The notes: generated from the letters alone by a model not told the origin. Positions 1 to 9,405 are shown, counted from the stretch's first letter. The stretch is DNA of 31,591 nucleotides from Candidatus Sediminicultor tertius (GCA_003527405.1 DPXH01000072.1:1-31591); one strand, 5' to 3'. Translations and numbers: made by a program.

Positions 1-2
1 AT

Positions 3-263
3 CTTCTACTGGACCAGAACGAGGGAGCGGAAGAACAGGAGGAAGAGAAAGATTTTATAAATCAGCTTAACCCAAACTCCCTGGAAGTGTTAACCGATTG
101 TTTAGTGGAACCCAGTTTAGCCGGAGCGGTTCCCGGGAGCAGATACCAGTTCATGCGGAAAGGTTACTTTTGTGTCGATCCTGATTCAGCATCGGATAAG
201 TTAGTGTTTAACCGGATTGTATCTTTACGAGATAGCTGGGCTAAGATCCTCAAAGAAAATTAG
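3..263 (+). CDS. glnS: Glutaminyl-tRNA synthetase, C-terminal end (partial, runs in from the left edge)
   Basis: Manual translation from nt 3: [86 protein letters not shown]. It matches the GlnRS C-terminal pattern DF...LNP.SL...EPSL...QF.R.GYF..D.DS....VFNR.V.LRD.W. Not in the ORF track. Confidence 0.9.
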   Translation, partial: LLLDQNEGAEEQEEEKDFINQLNPNSLEVLTDCLVEPSLAGAVPGSRYQFMRKGYFCVDPDSASDKLVFNRIVSLRDSWAKILKEN

Positions 264-395
264 AAGGAAAACTTGCGGCAGATTTATTTTTGATTACGAA
301 AGCCAATGAAATTAGCAGTTATTCTGCATCAAATGAAAAATATAAGGATTATAGATCGAAGATACCAGATATCCGTGAATATTATGAAATAAGAT

Positions 396-1076
396 ATGGA
401 AACCTCAAAAAATTTAGAGAATTGGAAAGTTGGAAATTTTAGGATGATCAATCTCTTTAAGCAAGAATTACAGGAGATATATTCTTTTTTTAATAACAAT
501 TATAAGGAAGCGGTTGTACTGTGCGCATCAACACTTTTCTTTGTTCTGGCAATTTGCCAACCGATAGGCACATCTTTGGTATTAAGTTATGCAGTATATT
601 ATGCGCTCCTTCCGATTCTTACTATTTTGATTATCTTGAGAAAAAATCCCCTTGATTTTGGCCTAAGATTCGGGGATTATAAGTTATGGAGTTTCTATGT
701 AGCCATAACGGTGGTCATCGCTGTCCCGGTATTGTATATCGGCTCTCTTTTTTCTTCAGTAGACCAGTATTATACTAAACCTTTTGATTACTACAGTTTT
801 TTCACTCAGATGGTCCCCCTTCTTTTTTTCTGGGAGTATATACTTCGTGGTTTTCTCCTGTTCGGACTTAAGGAAAGATTTAAAGAAGCCAGTATACTCA
901 TACAGATGGTTCCCTTTGTGCTTCTCCATATCGGAAAACCGGAAATAGAGATATTGATGTGTATCCCCATGGGATTGTGGTTCGGATATATTGCCTATCG
1001 GGGAAGATCGTTCTGGCCGGCCTTTATCACCCATACTTTCATTAACTTTACCCTTAAATATTTTGTGAATTTTTAA
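396..1076 (+). CDS. CPBP family (CAAX prenyl protease 2 / Abi) intramembrane metalloprotease
   Basis: Multiple hydrophobic segments; motifs WEYILRG (EExxxR-like), FVLLH (FxxxH) and HTFIN (HxxxN). Start codon uncertain. Confidence 0.8.
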   Translation: METSKNLENWKVGNFRMINLFKQELQEIYSFFNNNYKEAVVLCASTLFFVLAICQPIGTSLVLSYAVYYALLPILTILIILRKNPLDFGLRFGDYKLWSFYVAITVVIAVPVLYIGSLFSSVDQYYTKPFDYYSFFTQMVPLLFFWEYILRGFLLFGLKERFKEASILIQMVPFVLLHIGKPEIEILMCIPMGLWFGYIAYRGRSFWPAFITHTFINFTLKYFVNF

Positions 1077-1288
1077 TGGTAAATTAGAAAAAGACAATCA
1101 GTAACCCTTTAATAAGTAAACTAAAGGATTTTTAATTATTTAATTATAAAAAGAAGGATTTTAATGGATTTTATTGAATTATAAAATATAAGTAGTTTTT
1201 TCAAAAAAATTAAGCCCTTAAATTTTAAGAAAGTATTCTTTTTTTGAGAAAAGTTTTAAGGGGGAAGAAATTAGAGGTGAATTGAAGA

Positions 1289-1819
1289 ATGGAAAGAACA
1301 TTGGTGTTAATAAAGCCCGATGCCGTTAAAAGGGGTCTGGTTGGGGAAATTATTACGAGATTTGAAAGAGTGGGACTAAGCCTGGAAGAAATGAAAATAG
1401 TAAATGCTGCTACTGAAATTGTCGAACAACACTATCCCGATGATAAAAATTGGATTAGATCTATTGGTAAAAAGACTTTAGACACTTACCAAAAATATAA
1501 TTTAAATATTGTAGAGGATTTAGGTACTGATGATGCCCTGAAAGTTGGTAATCTGGTTAGGAAATGGTTGATTCATCAAATAACTTCAAAGCCGATAATT
1601 GTAATTATCTTAAGCGGAAACCATGCTATTGAAGTTGTAAGAAAAATAGTCGGGAATACGGTTCCTCTTTTTGCGGAATTAGGAACAATAAGGGGTGATT
1701 TTTCGATAGATTCACCCGATCTTTCTACCAAAGAAAAGCGGGCTTTACAGAATTTGGTTCATGCTTCAGCAACAATTAAGGAAGCGAAACGAGAAATTTC
1801 TCTTTGGTTTGAAGCCTGA
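1289..1819 (+). CDS. ndk: Nucleoside diphosphate kinase, long form with internal insertion
   Basis: ERTLVLIKPDAVKRGLVGEIITRFE, GTIRGDF, NLVHAS (catalytic His), EISLWF; GAGG RBS upstream. Confidence 0.95.
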   Translation: MERTLVLIKPDAVKRGLVGEIITRFERVGLSLEEMKIVNAATEIVEQHYPDDKNWIRSIGKKTLDTYQKYNLNIVEDLGTDDALKVGNLVRKWLIHQITSKPIIVIILSGNHAIEVVRKIVGNTVPLFAELGTIRGDFSIDSPDLSTKEKRALQNLVHASATIKEAKREISLWFEA

Positions 1820-1980
1820 GAATTGATGATAGGAAAATGTAAATTATAGTTGGTGTAAACTTTAGTAGGGCAGTTGGATTAAAAAGATTATACTTACATC
1901 TTTTTTCTACTTTCCCCTAATTTATTTTTTTTCTTTCTTGACCGATACTCGATACTATATACTCGATACTGATTTTAATA

Positions 1981-2009
1981 TAGACAAGGCATAGAAAATA
2001 TGCTAACAT
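1981..2009 (+). promoter_or_regulatory. Putative sigma70-type promoter for the NifU-domain gene
   Basis: TAGACA (1981-1986), 17-bp spacer, TAACAT (2004-2009) preceded by TGn (extended -10). Confidence 0.4.
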
Positions 2010-2108
2010 TATCTCGTTAAAAAGAGGGATACCACATTCACAATAATATTAATCTGTGTAATCTGATGGTAATCCGTTTAATCAATAATATTATGTTAGG
2101 AGGAAGTA

Positions 2109-2330
2109 ATGAAAGAAAGAGTGGAAGCAGCTTTAAAGAAGATAAGACCATCTCTTCAGGCAGATGGCGGAGATGTTGAATTGGTAGAAGTGACTCCAGA
2201 TGGAGTAGTAAAAGTAAAATTAAGCGGTGCCTGTGCGGGTTGTCCCATGAGAGAGATGACTTTACAGATGGGTATTGGCAGAGCATTAAAAGAAGAAGTC
2301 CCTGAAGTAAAAGAAGTCGTGGCCGTATAA
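2109..2330 (+). CDS. Stand-alone NifU C-terminal domain (Nfu-type Fe-S scaffold/carrier) protein
   Basis: IRPSLQADGGDVELV...VKLSGACAGCPM with CxxC; AGGAGG RBS. Confidence 0.92.
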   Translation: MKERVEAALKKIRPSLQADGGDVELVEVTPDGVVKVKLSGACAGCPMREMTLQMGIGRALKEEVPEVKEVVAV

Positions 2331-2378
2331 CAATAATCCAATAAAGCAATTACTGAAAAAATAAATATACATAGATGT

Positions 2379-2424
2379 AATAAGGGGTATGGTATTATAA
2401 TATATCGTGCCCTTTATTATTTTT
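2379..2424 (+). terminator. Possible intrinsic terminator after the NifU-domain gene
   Basis: Imperfect hairpin aataaggggtatggta...tatcgtgccctttatt followed by a T-rich run. Confidence 0.4.
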
Positions 2425-2582
2425 AAAGTTCGGTAAATAATTTCACTTCAAATACAGAAATCTTATTGGTGTAAGCTTTGGGTGAGATAGTTAGAAAAAG
2501 CCTTGATTTAATTGTAAAATGCGGTAGTTTTCAGTTATAATAAATATAATAATTATAATCCAAAAAGCAAATAAAATATAAT

Positions 2583-2668
2583 GTAGAGGCACGATGCATC
2601 GTGACCACAGAAAAAATGGGTAATAATATAGCGAGGGCACAATTCATTGTGCCCTTACAATTCAATTA
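2583..2668. repeat. REPIN-like doublet, type 2 (two convergent REP-like hairpins)
   Basis: GTAGAGGCACGATGCATCGTGACC (2583-2606) and inverted AGGGCACAATTCATTGTGCCCTTAC (2634-2668 region); same pair as at 11615-11691. Confidence 0.75.
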
Positions 2669-2824
2669 TAACCAACAAATCTAAAATTATTTACGATACA
2701 TACACTGTATATATATTTTGCTATTAAATATTTTTTAGTTTTTTGGGGAATAACCATATTTTAAAAGAAGCATTATTAATCTATAAATTTATATTAGCCC
2801 TAAAATGTTTTAGGATGGTAATTA

Positions 2825-5800
2825 ATGAATAAAGCTACGGTTAAAAAATTGCATAAAAAAATATCTAAAAGGATTTTGCACGCGCAAATATTGGATGACA
2901 TCTCTTTAGATAAAGAGTTGGTTAGAAAATATATAGAAGATCCTCTATTTTTAAAACAATTAACCTCTATGGTAAAAAATAAAGATTATAGTTGTCGTGC
3001 AGTATATTTTTTGTGCAAAGGCCTGCTTGTCGATATAGACAAAAAACATAATCCCGCCAACTGGCTTTATCGGGTGTTTCAGTTTGCCCTATCTAAATCT
3101 TTCCCTGAAACAGTAGACCTATCTGTTAAGGATATCTCCCCTGATTGCCGAAAAACTTTCTTGCTCTATTTAGAATTTTTAAGAGTAGTTTCAAATTTCC
3201 AAAAGTCGTCCGGTGATTCTACTTTTCACGGTAAATATCCCCTTAATTTTTTAACCCCTGAGGAAAAAAACAAACTGGAGAATCCTGTTGAATATAAAAG
3301 ATTCTTAAAAGCGTTTAATGATGAGTATATCTATGAGATGATGAAATTAAGCCAGGAAGTTTTAAAGTACAATACTCTTGACCATATATGCGGGGTAAAC
3401 CGGATTGCTCTATTTATCGGCAGGCAGTTATATAATCTGGGTCTTCCCGTGGATTTGGGGAGGATTTCCGGAGCAGCAGCAGGACATGATATCGGAAAAT
3501 ACGGATGCAAGGGTATAGAAGTAGAAAGGACTCCCTATTTACATTATTACTATACCGATATGTGGTTTGAAAAACATAATATCCCTTATATCGGACATAT
3601 TGCAGTCAATCATTCTGTTTGGGATTTGGAACTGGATAATTTGCCCCTGGAATCACTTATATTGATTTATTCTGATTTTCGGGTTAAAAATGCGAATAAC
3701 GGTCCCAAAGAGGAGATGAGAATCTTTAGTTTAAAAGATTCATTTCAAGTAATTTTAGATAAACTGGACAATGTCAATGAGAAAAAAAGAAAAAGATATT
3801 GCCATGTTTATGAAAAATTAAAAGATTTTGAAGATTACATGATAAATTTAGGGATAAATGTAGATGTAGAGAGTAAAGAGAGGAGCTCTTGTAAAAAAGA
3901 TAGAAACCCGCATTATCCTCTTATGCAGGGTCAAGAAGTTATCCAAAATATAAAATTTTTGTCCATAGAACATAATATAAATTTAATGCACGAACTTCGA
4001 GATGAATCTTCTCTTAATTCACTTTTAGAATTAGCTCGAAGCGAAAAAGACTGGAACAATCTACGGGAATATCTGCAAATATTTAATGAATATTCCACCT
4101 ACCTGACTCAAAAACAGAAGATGATTACCCTGAGATATTTATACGAACAGTTAACTCATCCGGAAGATGAAATAAGAAGGAGGAGCGCAAAACTTATCGG
4201 TTTACTGATTGCCAGTTTTGACGAAGATTACCGCAAAGAGATCCCTCAGAATGTTACCCTTAAACCTCCCGCGATTACCAGTGTTAATTTATTGGAAAGA
4301 TATTTAAAATATTTTTTACAGCCGAGCCATAAAAAGATTGCTCTTCATCAATCTCGAATTATTGATAGTGCTGAGAATATGATCTCTTCTCTTTTTTCTA
4401 ACTGTCGCAATAATCATCAGATAAGCAATTACAGAAAAAGCATTTTAAAACACTATAAAAAAGACCTGTATACCGATGAAGAAATTCAACTGTGTTTGAT
4501 AAAAACCGCCAAACATATATCAATCTGCTCAGATGAAAAATCTTTAAAGGTATTATTTGATTATATTATAAAGATGTTACAGAAGGAGAATCACAATCTT
4601 AGACTTACTGCTTTAGAGGTAGTCTATGATTTAATACCTCAAATTGATAAAAATTTTAGATTTATAAATAACTTAAGAAAAATATTTACCGGAAATATTT
4701 CCGTCTCAGAGCTCCCCGCCGAAAATTATTTAAATATGAAGATAGTTGAATTATTAGATTTGGATGAAAGTATTGTAAAAAAGTACATCGAATTTTATCG
4801 GAGAGATATAGAAAAGGTACAGTATATATTTCTAAGCAACCTTAAAACTTCAACCAGTGGAATAATTAAGAAAATTCAGATAGAACTTTTATTAGAACAT
4901 ACCTTAAAGAGCAAGCAGGAAGAAATCTATACCGCCTTGCATTTTTGTAATATTTTGAAAGTTAGCGGCATAGAAGATATTAGAAATTTGGCCGGTAAAA
5001 CCCTGGTAAATTTAATGCCTTCCTTATCTTTCCAACAGAGGAACGATATAGCCATTGAACTATTGCGGGCCTTAGAAATGGAAGATTATCAATTTACTAA
5101 ATATATTCCTTACTATTTGGGTCAATTAATACTCTATCTTACGCCTAATGAGTTAGAGGAACTTATTGATGATTTAATAGAAAAAATCAAACAGTCAGAT
5201 CCCAAATTAAGCTCATTGCTGCTTAGAACCATCGGTATAGCCATTGCTAATTACCCTAAGTACCGGGAAAGATTTTCAGAAGAAGAGAAATCATACGAAA
5301 ACAGACTTGGCAAGATGATTGGTATCCTTTTGAACGGCTTTGTACACTATAATTTAAAGGTGAAACAGGCAGCATTCAGAGTTATCGGTAAGGAAATATT
5401 TGGCTCAAGACATCTCAGCATAGAAGAGAAGAATCATATATTTAAACTTATAGCCAAAAAAATTCTTACTCTGTTAGCTCCCGTAAATAAAGAAGGACTG
5501 ATGTTTTTAATAAATTGTATCGGACTTAAGTATATGTATAAATTTATCTCTGATTATAATTTTTATAAGGGGAGCATAAACCTTGAAATCCCGAACAAAA
5601 TAGCTTTCTTCCCGGGAGCCTTTGACCCGTTTTCCTTAGGTCACAGAGAGATTGCCAGGGCAATAGAAAATCTTGGTTTTGAAGTATATTTGGCTGTTGA
5701 TGAGTTTTCCTGGTCAAAAAGGACTCAACCCCACCTCTTCAGAAAGAATATAATAAATATTTCGATTGCCGATGAACTTAATGTATATTTATATCCTGAA

Positions 5801-7750
5801 GATTTACCGGTTAATATTGCCAATCCGGATGATTTAAAGGCTTTGAGGGAAAATTTCCCCTATTCCGAGGTGTATATTGTAGTAGGCAGTGATGTGATAT
5901 TAAATGCCTCTGCTTATAAAAAGAAAAAAACAGAAAATTCAATCCATACTTTTCCCCATATTGTTTTTGATAGAAAGGCTTCAAATTCTACCGAGGAAGA
6001 AAAGAAAAAAGTTCAAATACCAATTGAAAGCATCGGAGAAAATACCTTTAGACTTAACCTTGCTACTCGTTATGAAGAGGTAAGTTCAACTCAGATAAGA
6101 AATAATATAGATGAAAATAGAGACATTTCCAGATTTATTGACCCTTTAGCCCAGAAATATATTTACGAAAATAGTTTATACCAGAGAGAGCCCCAATATA
6201 AGCGTGTAATACAGACTATCTCTACCGATGTGCAGGTAATTGAAGATATTACCCCGGATTTAATAAAAGAACTTTGCCAGAAAATACTTTTCAAATATAA
6301 TCGAAATAAAGCATCTAAAAAATTGCTTGAGTTTACTCGTAAATTAAACCCGAGAATTCTACTATTGCGTGATATCCGCCATAACGGAAAGATATTGGGT
6401 TTTTCGGCCTTTCACTGGGTTCGTTCAAATATTCTTTTCCAGGAGTTCAAGGACAATTTAATTTCTGAGTATATCCGGGAAAATGCGGTTGGCCGCACTA
6501 TAGTTATTGATGGTATTTTTACCATAAGTGATATGGAAAATAGATCAGGGCTGGAAAGCCTTGATCAGGTTATTCTTACCGAAACCCTTTCTTTTTGTAT
6601 AGAGAAAGATTACGATTATGCGATTTTCAGAAATGTATTAGATGATTATCCCTTAACTTCTTTAAACGAGAATTTAGAACTTATGGGGTTTTATCGCTTG
6701 CCTTTCAGCGATAAAGATAATCCGGTATTTGTAGTGAATATGAGTAAACCTTGTATAGTCAATCTGGATACCGAGACAATCATAAAGGAACCTTTCTGCC
6801 AAAATTTAAGCATCAAAAAATCAGTTATAGTATCCCGTAAACGATTATTAAGATCGTTTACTACTTTTTATCCCGGAAATGTTGTTTTACCATTTAATAT
6901 AAATTTAATAAATCAGGCTATTGTAAAGAAAATTTGTAAGATAAATGATGTTTCGACAACGCCGCTAACCCCCCGAACTTTAGGAAAGTCAATGTGTGTG
7001 CCCTTTGGGAAGATACTACATAAAATGGTAGTACCTAATACGGTAACCAAATCTCTCCATACAGAAAAAATATTTGCTTCCGATATGAGAAGTTTTGAGA
7101 TTGATGCCTTCCCCAATTATATGAGTCTGGAAAATCAGGTAAAGGTGATTCATTCATTTGATATGCCCGTAATTCTTATTGATGACTATTTGCATAAAGG
7201 ATATAGAATAAAGACCCTTGAGCCCCTGTTTAAAGAATATGATATTAAAGTCAAAAAGATAATTGTGGGGGCACTATCCGGTAGCGGGAAAGAGATAGCA
7301 ACCATATTAAATAGAGATGTTGATTGTGCCCACTTTATTCCCAATCTCAGGCTTTGGTTTAATGAAAGTGAATTGTACCCCTTTATTGGCGGAGACGCAT
7401 TAAAGAGAAAAATAAGGACTCAGGGAAATTTAGTTAGATCTATTAATCAGATACTACCCTATACTTTCCCTTCATTTATTAAAAATGTTTCTGCAAAAAC
7501 CGTCTACAATTTTTCCGAAGTTTGTATTGAAAATGCTTTAACTATATTAGAAGCTCTGGAAAATGAATACCAGGTAATTCAACAAAGGAAATTGACGCTC
7601 GATCATTTAGGAGAAGTAATTATTTATCCCCGATATCCTGACCAGGGAGAAGATATGGAGTATAATTTAAATCTTAGCCCTTCTCATTACTTGGGAAATA
7701 GCCTTGAACTTTTACGAAGAACCAAAGGGATAGCAGACAGAGAAAGGTGA
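2825..7750 (+). CDS. 1641-aa multidomain protein: HD phosphohydrolase + helical (HEAT-like) region + NadD/cytidyltransferase-like (HIGH-class) nucleotidyltransferase + GNAT-like + type I PRTase-like domain; function unknown
   Basis: HD site H187...HD221-222 (AAAGHDIGK)...H240...H263...D284; FPGAFDPFSLGH (929-940), VGSD, SSTQIR (1087-1092) and YIYENSLY as in NadD; ILGFSAF...IVIDGIF...LELMGFY (GNAT-like, weaker); VILIDDYLHKGYRI (DD1453-1454, PRPP-binding-like). Confidence 0.8.
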   Translation: MNKATVKKLHKKISKRILHAQILDDISLDKELVRKYIEDPLFLKQLTSMVKNKDYSCRAVYFLCKGLLVDIDKKHNPANWLYRVFQFALSKSFPETVDLSVKDISPDCRKTFLLYLEFLRVVSNFQKSSGDSTFHGKYPLNFLTPEEKNKLENPVEYKRFLKAFNDEYIYEMMKLSQEVLKYNTLDHICGVNRIALFIGRQLYNLGLPVDLGRISGAAAGHDIGKYGCKGIEVERTPYLHYYYTDMWFEKHNIPYIGHIAVNHSVWDLELDNLPLESLILIYSDFRVKNANNGPKEEMRIFSLKDSFQVILDKLDNVNEKKRKRYCHVYEKLKDFEDYMINLGINVDVESKERSSCKKDRNPHYPLMQGQEVIQNIKFLSIEHNINLMHELRDESSLNSLLELARSEKDWNNLREYLQIFNEYSTYLTQKQKMITLRYLYEQLTHPEDEIRRRSAKLIGLLIASFDEDYRKEIPQNVTLKPPAITSVNLLERYLKYFLQPSHKKIALHQSRIIDSAENMISSLFSNCRNNHQISNYRKSILKHYKKDLYTDEEIQLCLIKTAKHISICSDEKSLKVLFDYIIKMLQKENHNLRLTALEVVYDLIPQIDKNFRFINNLRKIFTGNISVSELPAENYLNMKIVELLDLDESIVKKYIEFYRRDIEKVQYIFLSNLKTSTSGIIKKIQIELLLEHTLKSKQEEIYTALHFCNILKVSGIEDIRNLAGKTLVNLMPSLSFQQRNDIAIELLRALEMEDYQFTKYIPYYLGQLILYLTPNELEELIDDLIEKIKQSDPKLSSLLLRTIGIAIANYPKYRERFSEEEKSYENRLGKMIGILLNGFVHYNLKVKQAAFRVIGKEIFGSRHLSIEEKNHIFKLIAKKILTLLAPVNKEGLMFLINCIGLKYMYKFISDYNFYKGSINLEIPNKIAFFPGAFDPFSLGHREIARAIENLGFEVYLAVDEFSWSKRTQPHLFRKNIINISIADELNVYLYPEDLPVNIANPDDLKALRENFPYSEVYIVVGSDVILNASAYKKKKTENSIHTFPHIVFDRKASNSTEEEKKKVQIPIESIGENTFRLNLATRYEEVSSTQIRNNIDENRDISRFIDPLAQKYIYENSLYQREPQYKRVIQTISTDVQVIEDITPDLIKELCQKILFKYNRNKASKKLLEFTRKLNPRILLLRDIRHNGKILGFSAFHWVRSNILFQEFKDNLISEYIRENAVGRTIVIDGIFTISDMENRSGLESLDQVILTETLSFCIEKDYDYAIFRNVLDDYPLTSLNENLELMGFYRLPFSDKDNPVFVVNMSKPCIVNLDTETIIKEPFCQNLSIKKSVIVSRKRLLRSFTTFYPGNVVLPFNINLINQAIVKKICKINDVSTTPLTPRTLGKSMCVPFGKILHKMVVPNTVTKSLHTEKIFASDMRSFEIDAFPNYMSLENQVKVIHSFDMPVILIDDYLHKGYRIKTLEPLFKEYDIKVKKIIVGALSGSGKEIATILNRDVDCAHFIPNLRLWFNESELYPFIGGDALKRKIRTQGNLVRSINQILPYTFPSFIKNVSAKTVYNFSEVCIENALTILEALENEYQVIQQRKLTLDHLGEVIIYPRYPDQGEDMEYNLNLSPSHYLGNSLELLRRTKGIADRER

Positions 7751-7755
7751 GGACA

Positions 7756-7812
7756 AAATTCGTATCTCGTATCCCCGTTTTCACGGGGACAAGTCTTGTG
7801 AATCGTATCTCG
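7756..7812 (+). repeat. 57-bp dispersed element (copy 1) with an internal CCCCGT-TTTC-ACGGGG hairpin flanked by CGTATCT heptamers
   Basis: Identical to 22266-22322; inverted near-copy at 28823-28875. Confidence 0.85.
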
Positions 7813-7878
7813 TTTAGGATTAGTTTGTTGGTTAGTTGGTTAAGAAAAAAGAAGAAAGAATGAAATACGTATTATAAT

Positions 7879-7902
7879 GTAGGGACACGATGCATCGTGC
7901 CC
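7879..7902 (+). repeat. Solo REP-like hairpin, type 2
   Basis: GTAGGGACACGATGCATCGTGCCC: GTAG foot plus imperfect palindrome. Confidence 0.75.
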
Positions 7903-7929
7903 AAAGGACTTGACTGTCTCTGAATTAAG

Positions 7930-8001
7930 GTAGGGGTTCGATTCATCGAACCCGTTAAAGAAATTACCAAATAACCCGGGGCGGATAAATCCGCCCCCTA
8001 C
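7930..8001. repeat. REPIN-like doublet, type 1
   Basis: GTAGGGGTTCGATTCATCGAACCCG (7930-7954) and inverted GGGGCGGATAAATCCGCCCCCTAC (7978-8001). Confidence 0.85.
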
Positions 8002-8048
8002 AGGATAAATATGAAAATACATAATCTTTACGGGGAGAAAAATCAAAG

Positions 8049-9293
8049 ATGTTCTTCTATAAGCTAAAAGATAGGATACTAATTTCCCAATCGGAATACA
8101 GTGAATTAAATAGAATATCCGAAAGCGAAGCCAAAGAGAGCAAAGAAATAATTTATATACTTAACCGGATAAACCCCTTAAAATCCAGAAGATATTTTAG
8201 CATTACCGACCCCTCCCTAATTTTTTTGAAAGAAGAGGGTATCCACCTGCTGCAAAAATCCAAGAAGATTGATTATGATTTACCCTTATGGCTTAATCAA
8301 AGAATAAAAGAAAAAAGAGTGAGTTCACTTAATACCGAATATCCTAACTGGCAAGAGGTATTAACTTATAAATTTCCCTCCCGGTGGAAAGTGAATATTG
8401 TAGGATTGGGTGATGTAGGAGGGGCTCTCCTTACCGGTTTGAGATTATTGGGAGGAAGTTGTATTGAATCTATCGGAATATATGATAAAAATATAAAGGC
8501 GATAAAAAGATGGGAATTAGAGGCAAATCAGATATTTTGTCCTTTTACTGATTACCAATTCCCTGAGGTTTACCAGTTAAGAGAAGAGAATATTTTTGAT
8601 TGTGATATGTTTGTATTTTGCGCAACTGTAGGAGTTCCTTCTTTGGGAGAAGAACAGGAAGATGTGAGAATGAAGCAGTTCGAAGGGAATTCTAAGATAA
8701 TCTCTGATTATGCCCGAAAAGCCCGGGAAAAATCGTTTAAGGGGATATTTGCAATTATCTCAGACCCGGTAGACTTATTGTGTAAAGCTGCTTTTCTAAC
8801 CGGCAATAAAGATGCAAGCGGAGAGTTTGATTTTAAAGGATTGGCAGCAGACCAGATAAGAGGGTATGGGTTAGGAGTGATGCATGCCCGGGCAGTCTAC
8901 TACTCAAAACAAAATCCTGAAACTGCTGAATACAATCGAGAAGGGAGGGCCTTTGGTCCTCATGGCCGGGGTTTGGTAATTGCTAACAGTTTAAAAAAAT
9001 ATAACGAAAGTCTTTCAGAGATGCTTACCGGTCAGACCGTAAAAGCAAACCTAAAAGTAAGGGAGACCGGTTTTAAACCTTATATCGCACCTGCCTTATC
9101 TTCCGGGAGCTATCCCCTTATTGCCACTATGAGTGGAAAATGGCATTATAGTGCAACCTTTATGGGAGGGGTATTTATGGGAGCAAAAAATAGATTGCTC
9201 AAATCAGGGACTGAAATTGAAAGGGTAGACCTTCCGGATATTTTAGTAGAAAAAATTAAGAAAAGTTATCAGGAATTGGGTAATATCTTATAA
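8049..9293 (+). CDS. Divergent lactate/malate dehydrogenase-fold NAD-binding protein with ~110-aa N-terminal extension
   Basis: VNIVGLGDVGG Rossmann motif, YD146 (NAD-preferring), R207-x6-N, SDPVD, GVMHAR, GPHG (His305); GGGGAG RBS. Confidence 0.8.
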   Translation: MFFYKLKDRILISQSEYSELNRISESEAKESKEIIYILNRINPLKSRRYFSITDPSLIFLKEEGIHLLQKSKKIDYDLPLWLNQRIKEKRVSSLNTEYPNWQEVLTYKFPSRWKVNIVGLGDVGGALLTGLRLLGGSCIESIGIYDKNIKAIKRWELEANQIFCPFTDYQFPEVYQLREENIFDCDMFVFCATVGVPSLGEEQEDVRMKQFEGNSKIISDYARKAREKSFKGIFAIISDPVDLLCKAAFLTGNKDASGEFDFKGLAADQIRGYGLGVMHARAVYYSKQNPETAEYNREGRAFGPHGRGLVIANSLKKYNESLSEMLTGQTVKANLKVRETGFKPYIAPALSSGSYPLIATMSGKWHYSATFMGGVFMGAKNRLLKSGTEIERVDLPDILVEKIKKSYQELGNIL

Positions 9294-9295
9294 TA

Positions 9296-9405
9296 ATTAA
9301 AAATTTAAACCGAAAAGCGAAAAACCATAATTCAAAGCGCAAAACTTTTTCTTTCGATAATAAATTTTAAATTTTAAGCTATGGTTTTGCGTTTTACGGT
9401 TTTTG
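9296..9405. repeat. A/T-rich inverted-arm element (MITE-like)
   Basis: Arms aaaccgaaaagcgaaaaaccataattcaaa (9307-9336) and tttaagctatggttttgcgttttacggttt (9373-9402) are imperfect inverted repeats; related arms recur at 17492/17769, 22333/22386 and 25040. Confidence 0.7.

Noticed and set aside
2825-7750. Calling the giant protein NadD or an anti-phage defence gene
   Set aside because: The NadD-like part is under 15% of the protein and its HIGH motif is atypical. There are no defence-island, mobile or known defence-domain neighbours, so neither label is supported.
7756-8001. Clustered palindromic repeats as a possible CRISPR array
   Set aside because: The repeats differ from each other, occur as inverted pairs, are dispersed across the window, lack regular unique spacers, and no cas genes are present.
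7840-8046. Short minus-strand ORFs over repeat spacers (7840-8046, 21875-22078, 24766-24969, 25031-25228, 27593-27775) and the + strand ORF 22224-22433
   Set aside because: The shared peptides (e.g. CRGRIYPPRVI, GGFDKSNPY) are translations of the REP hairpins and heptamer arms; no RBS or protein-family signal. Small peptides are not formally excluded.
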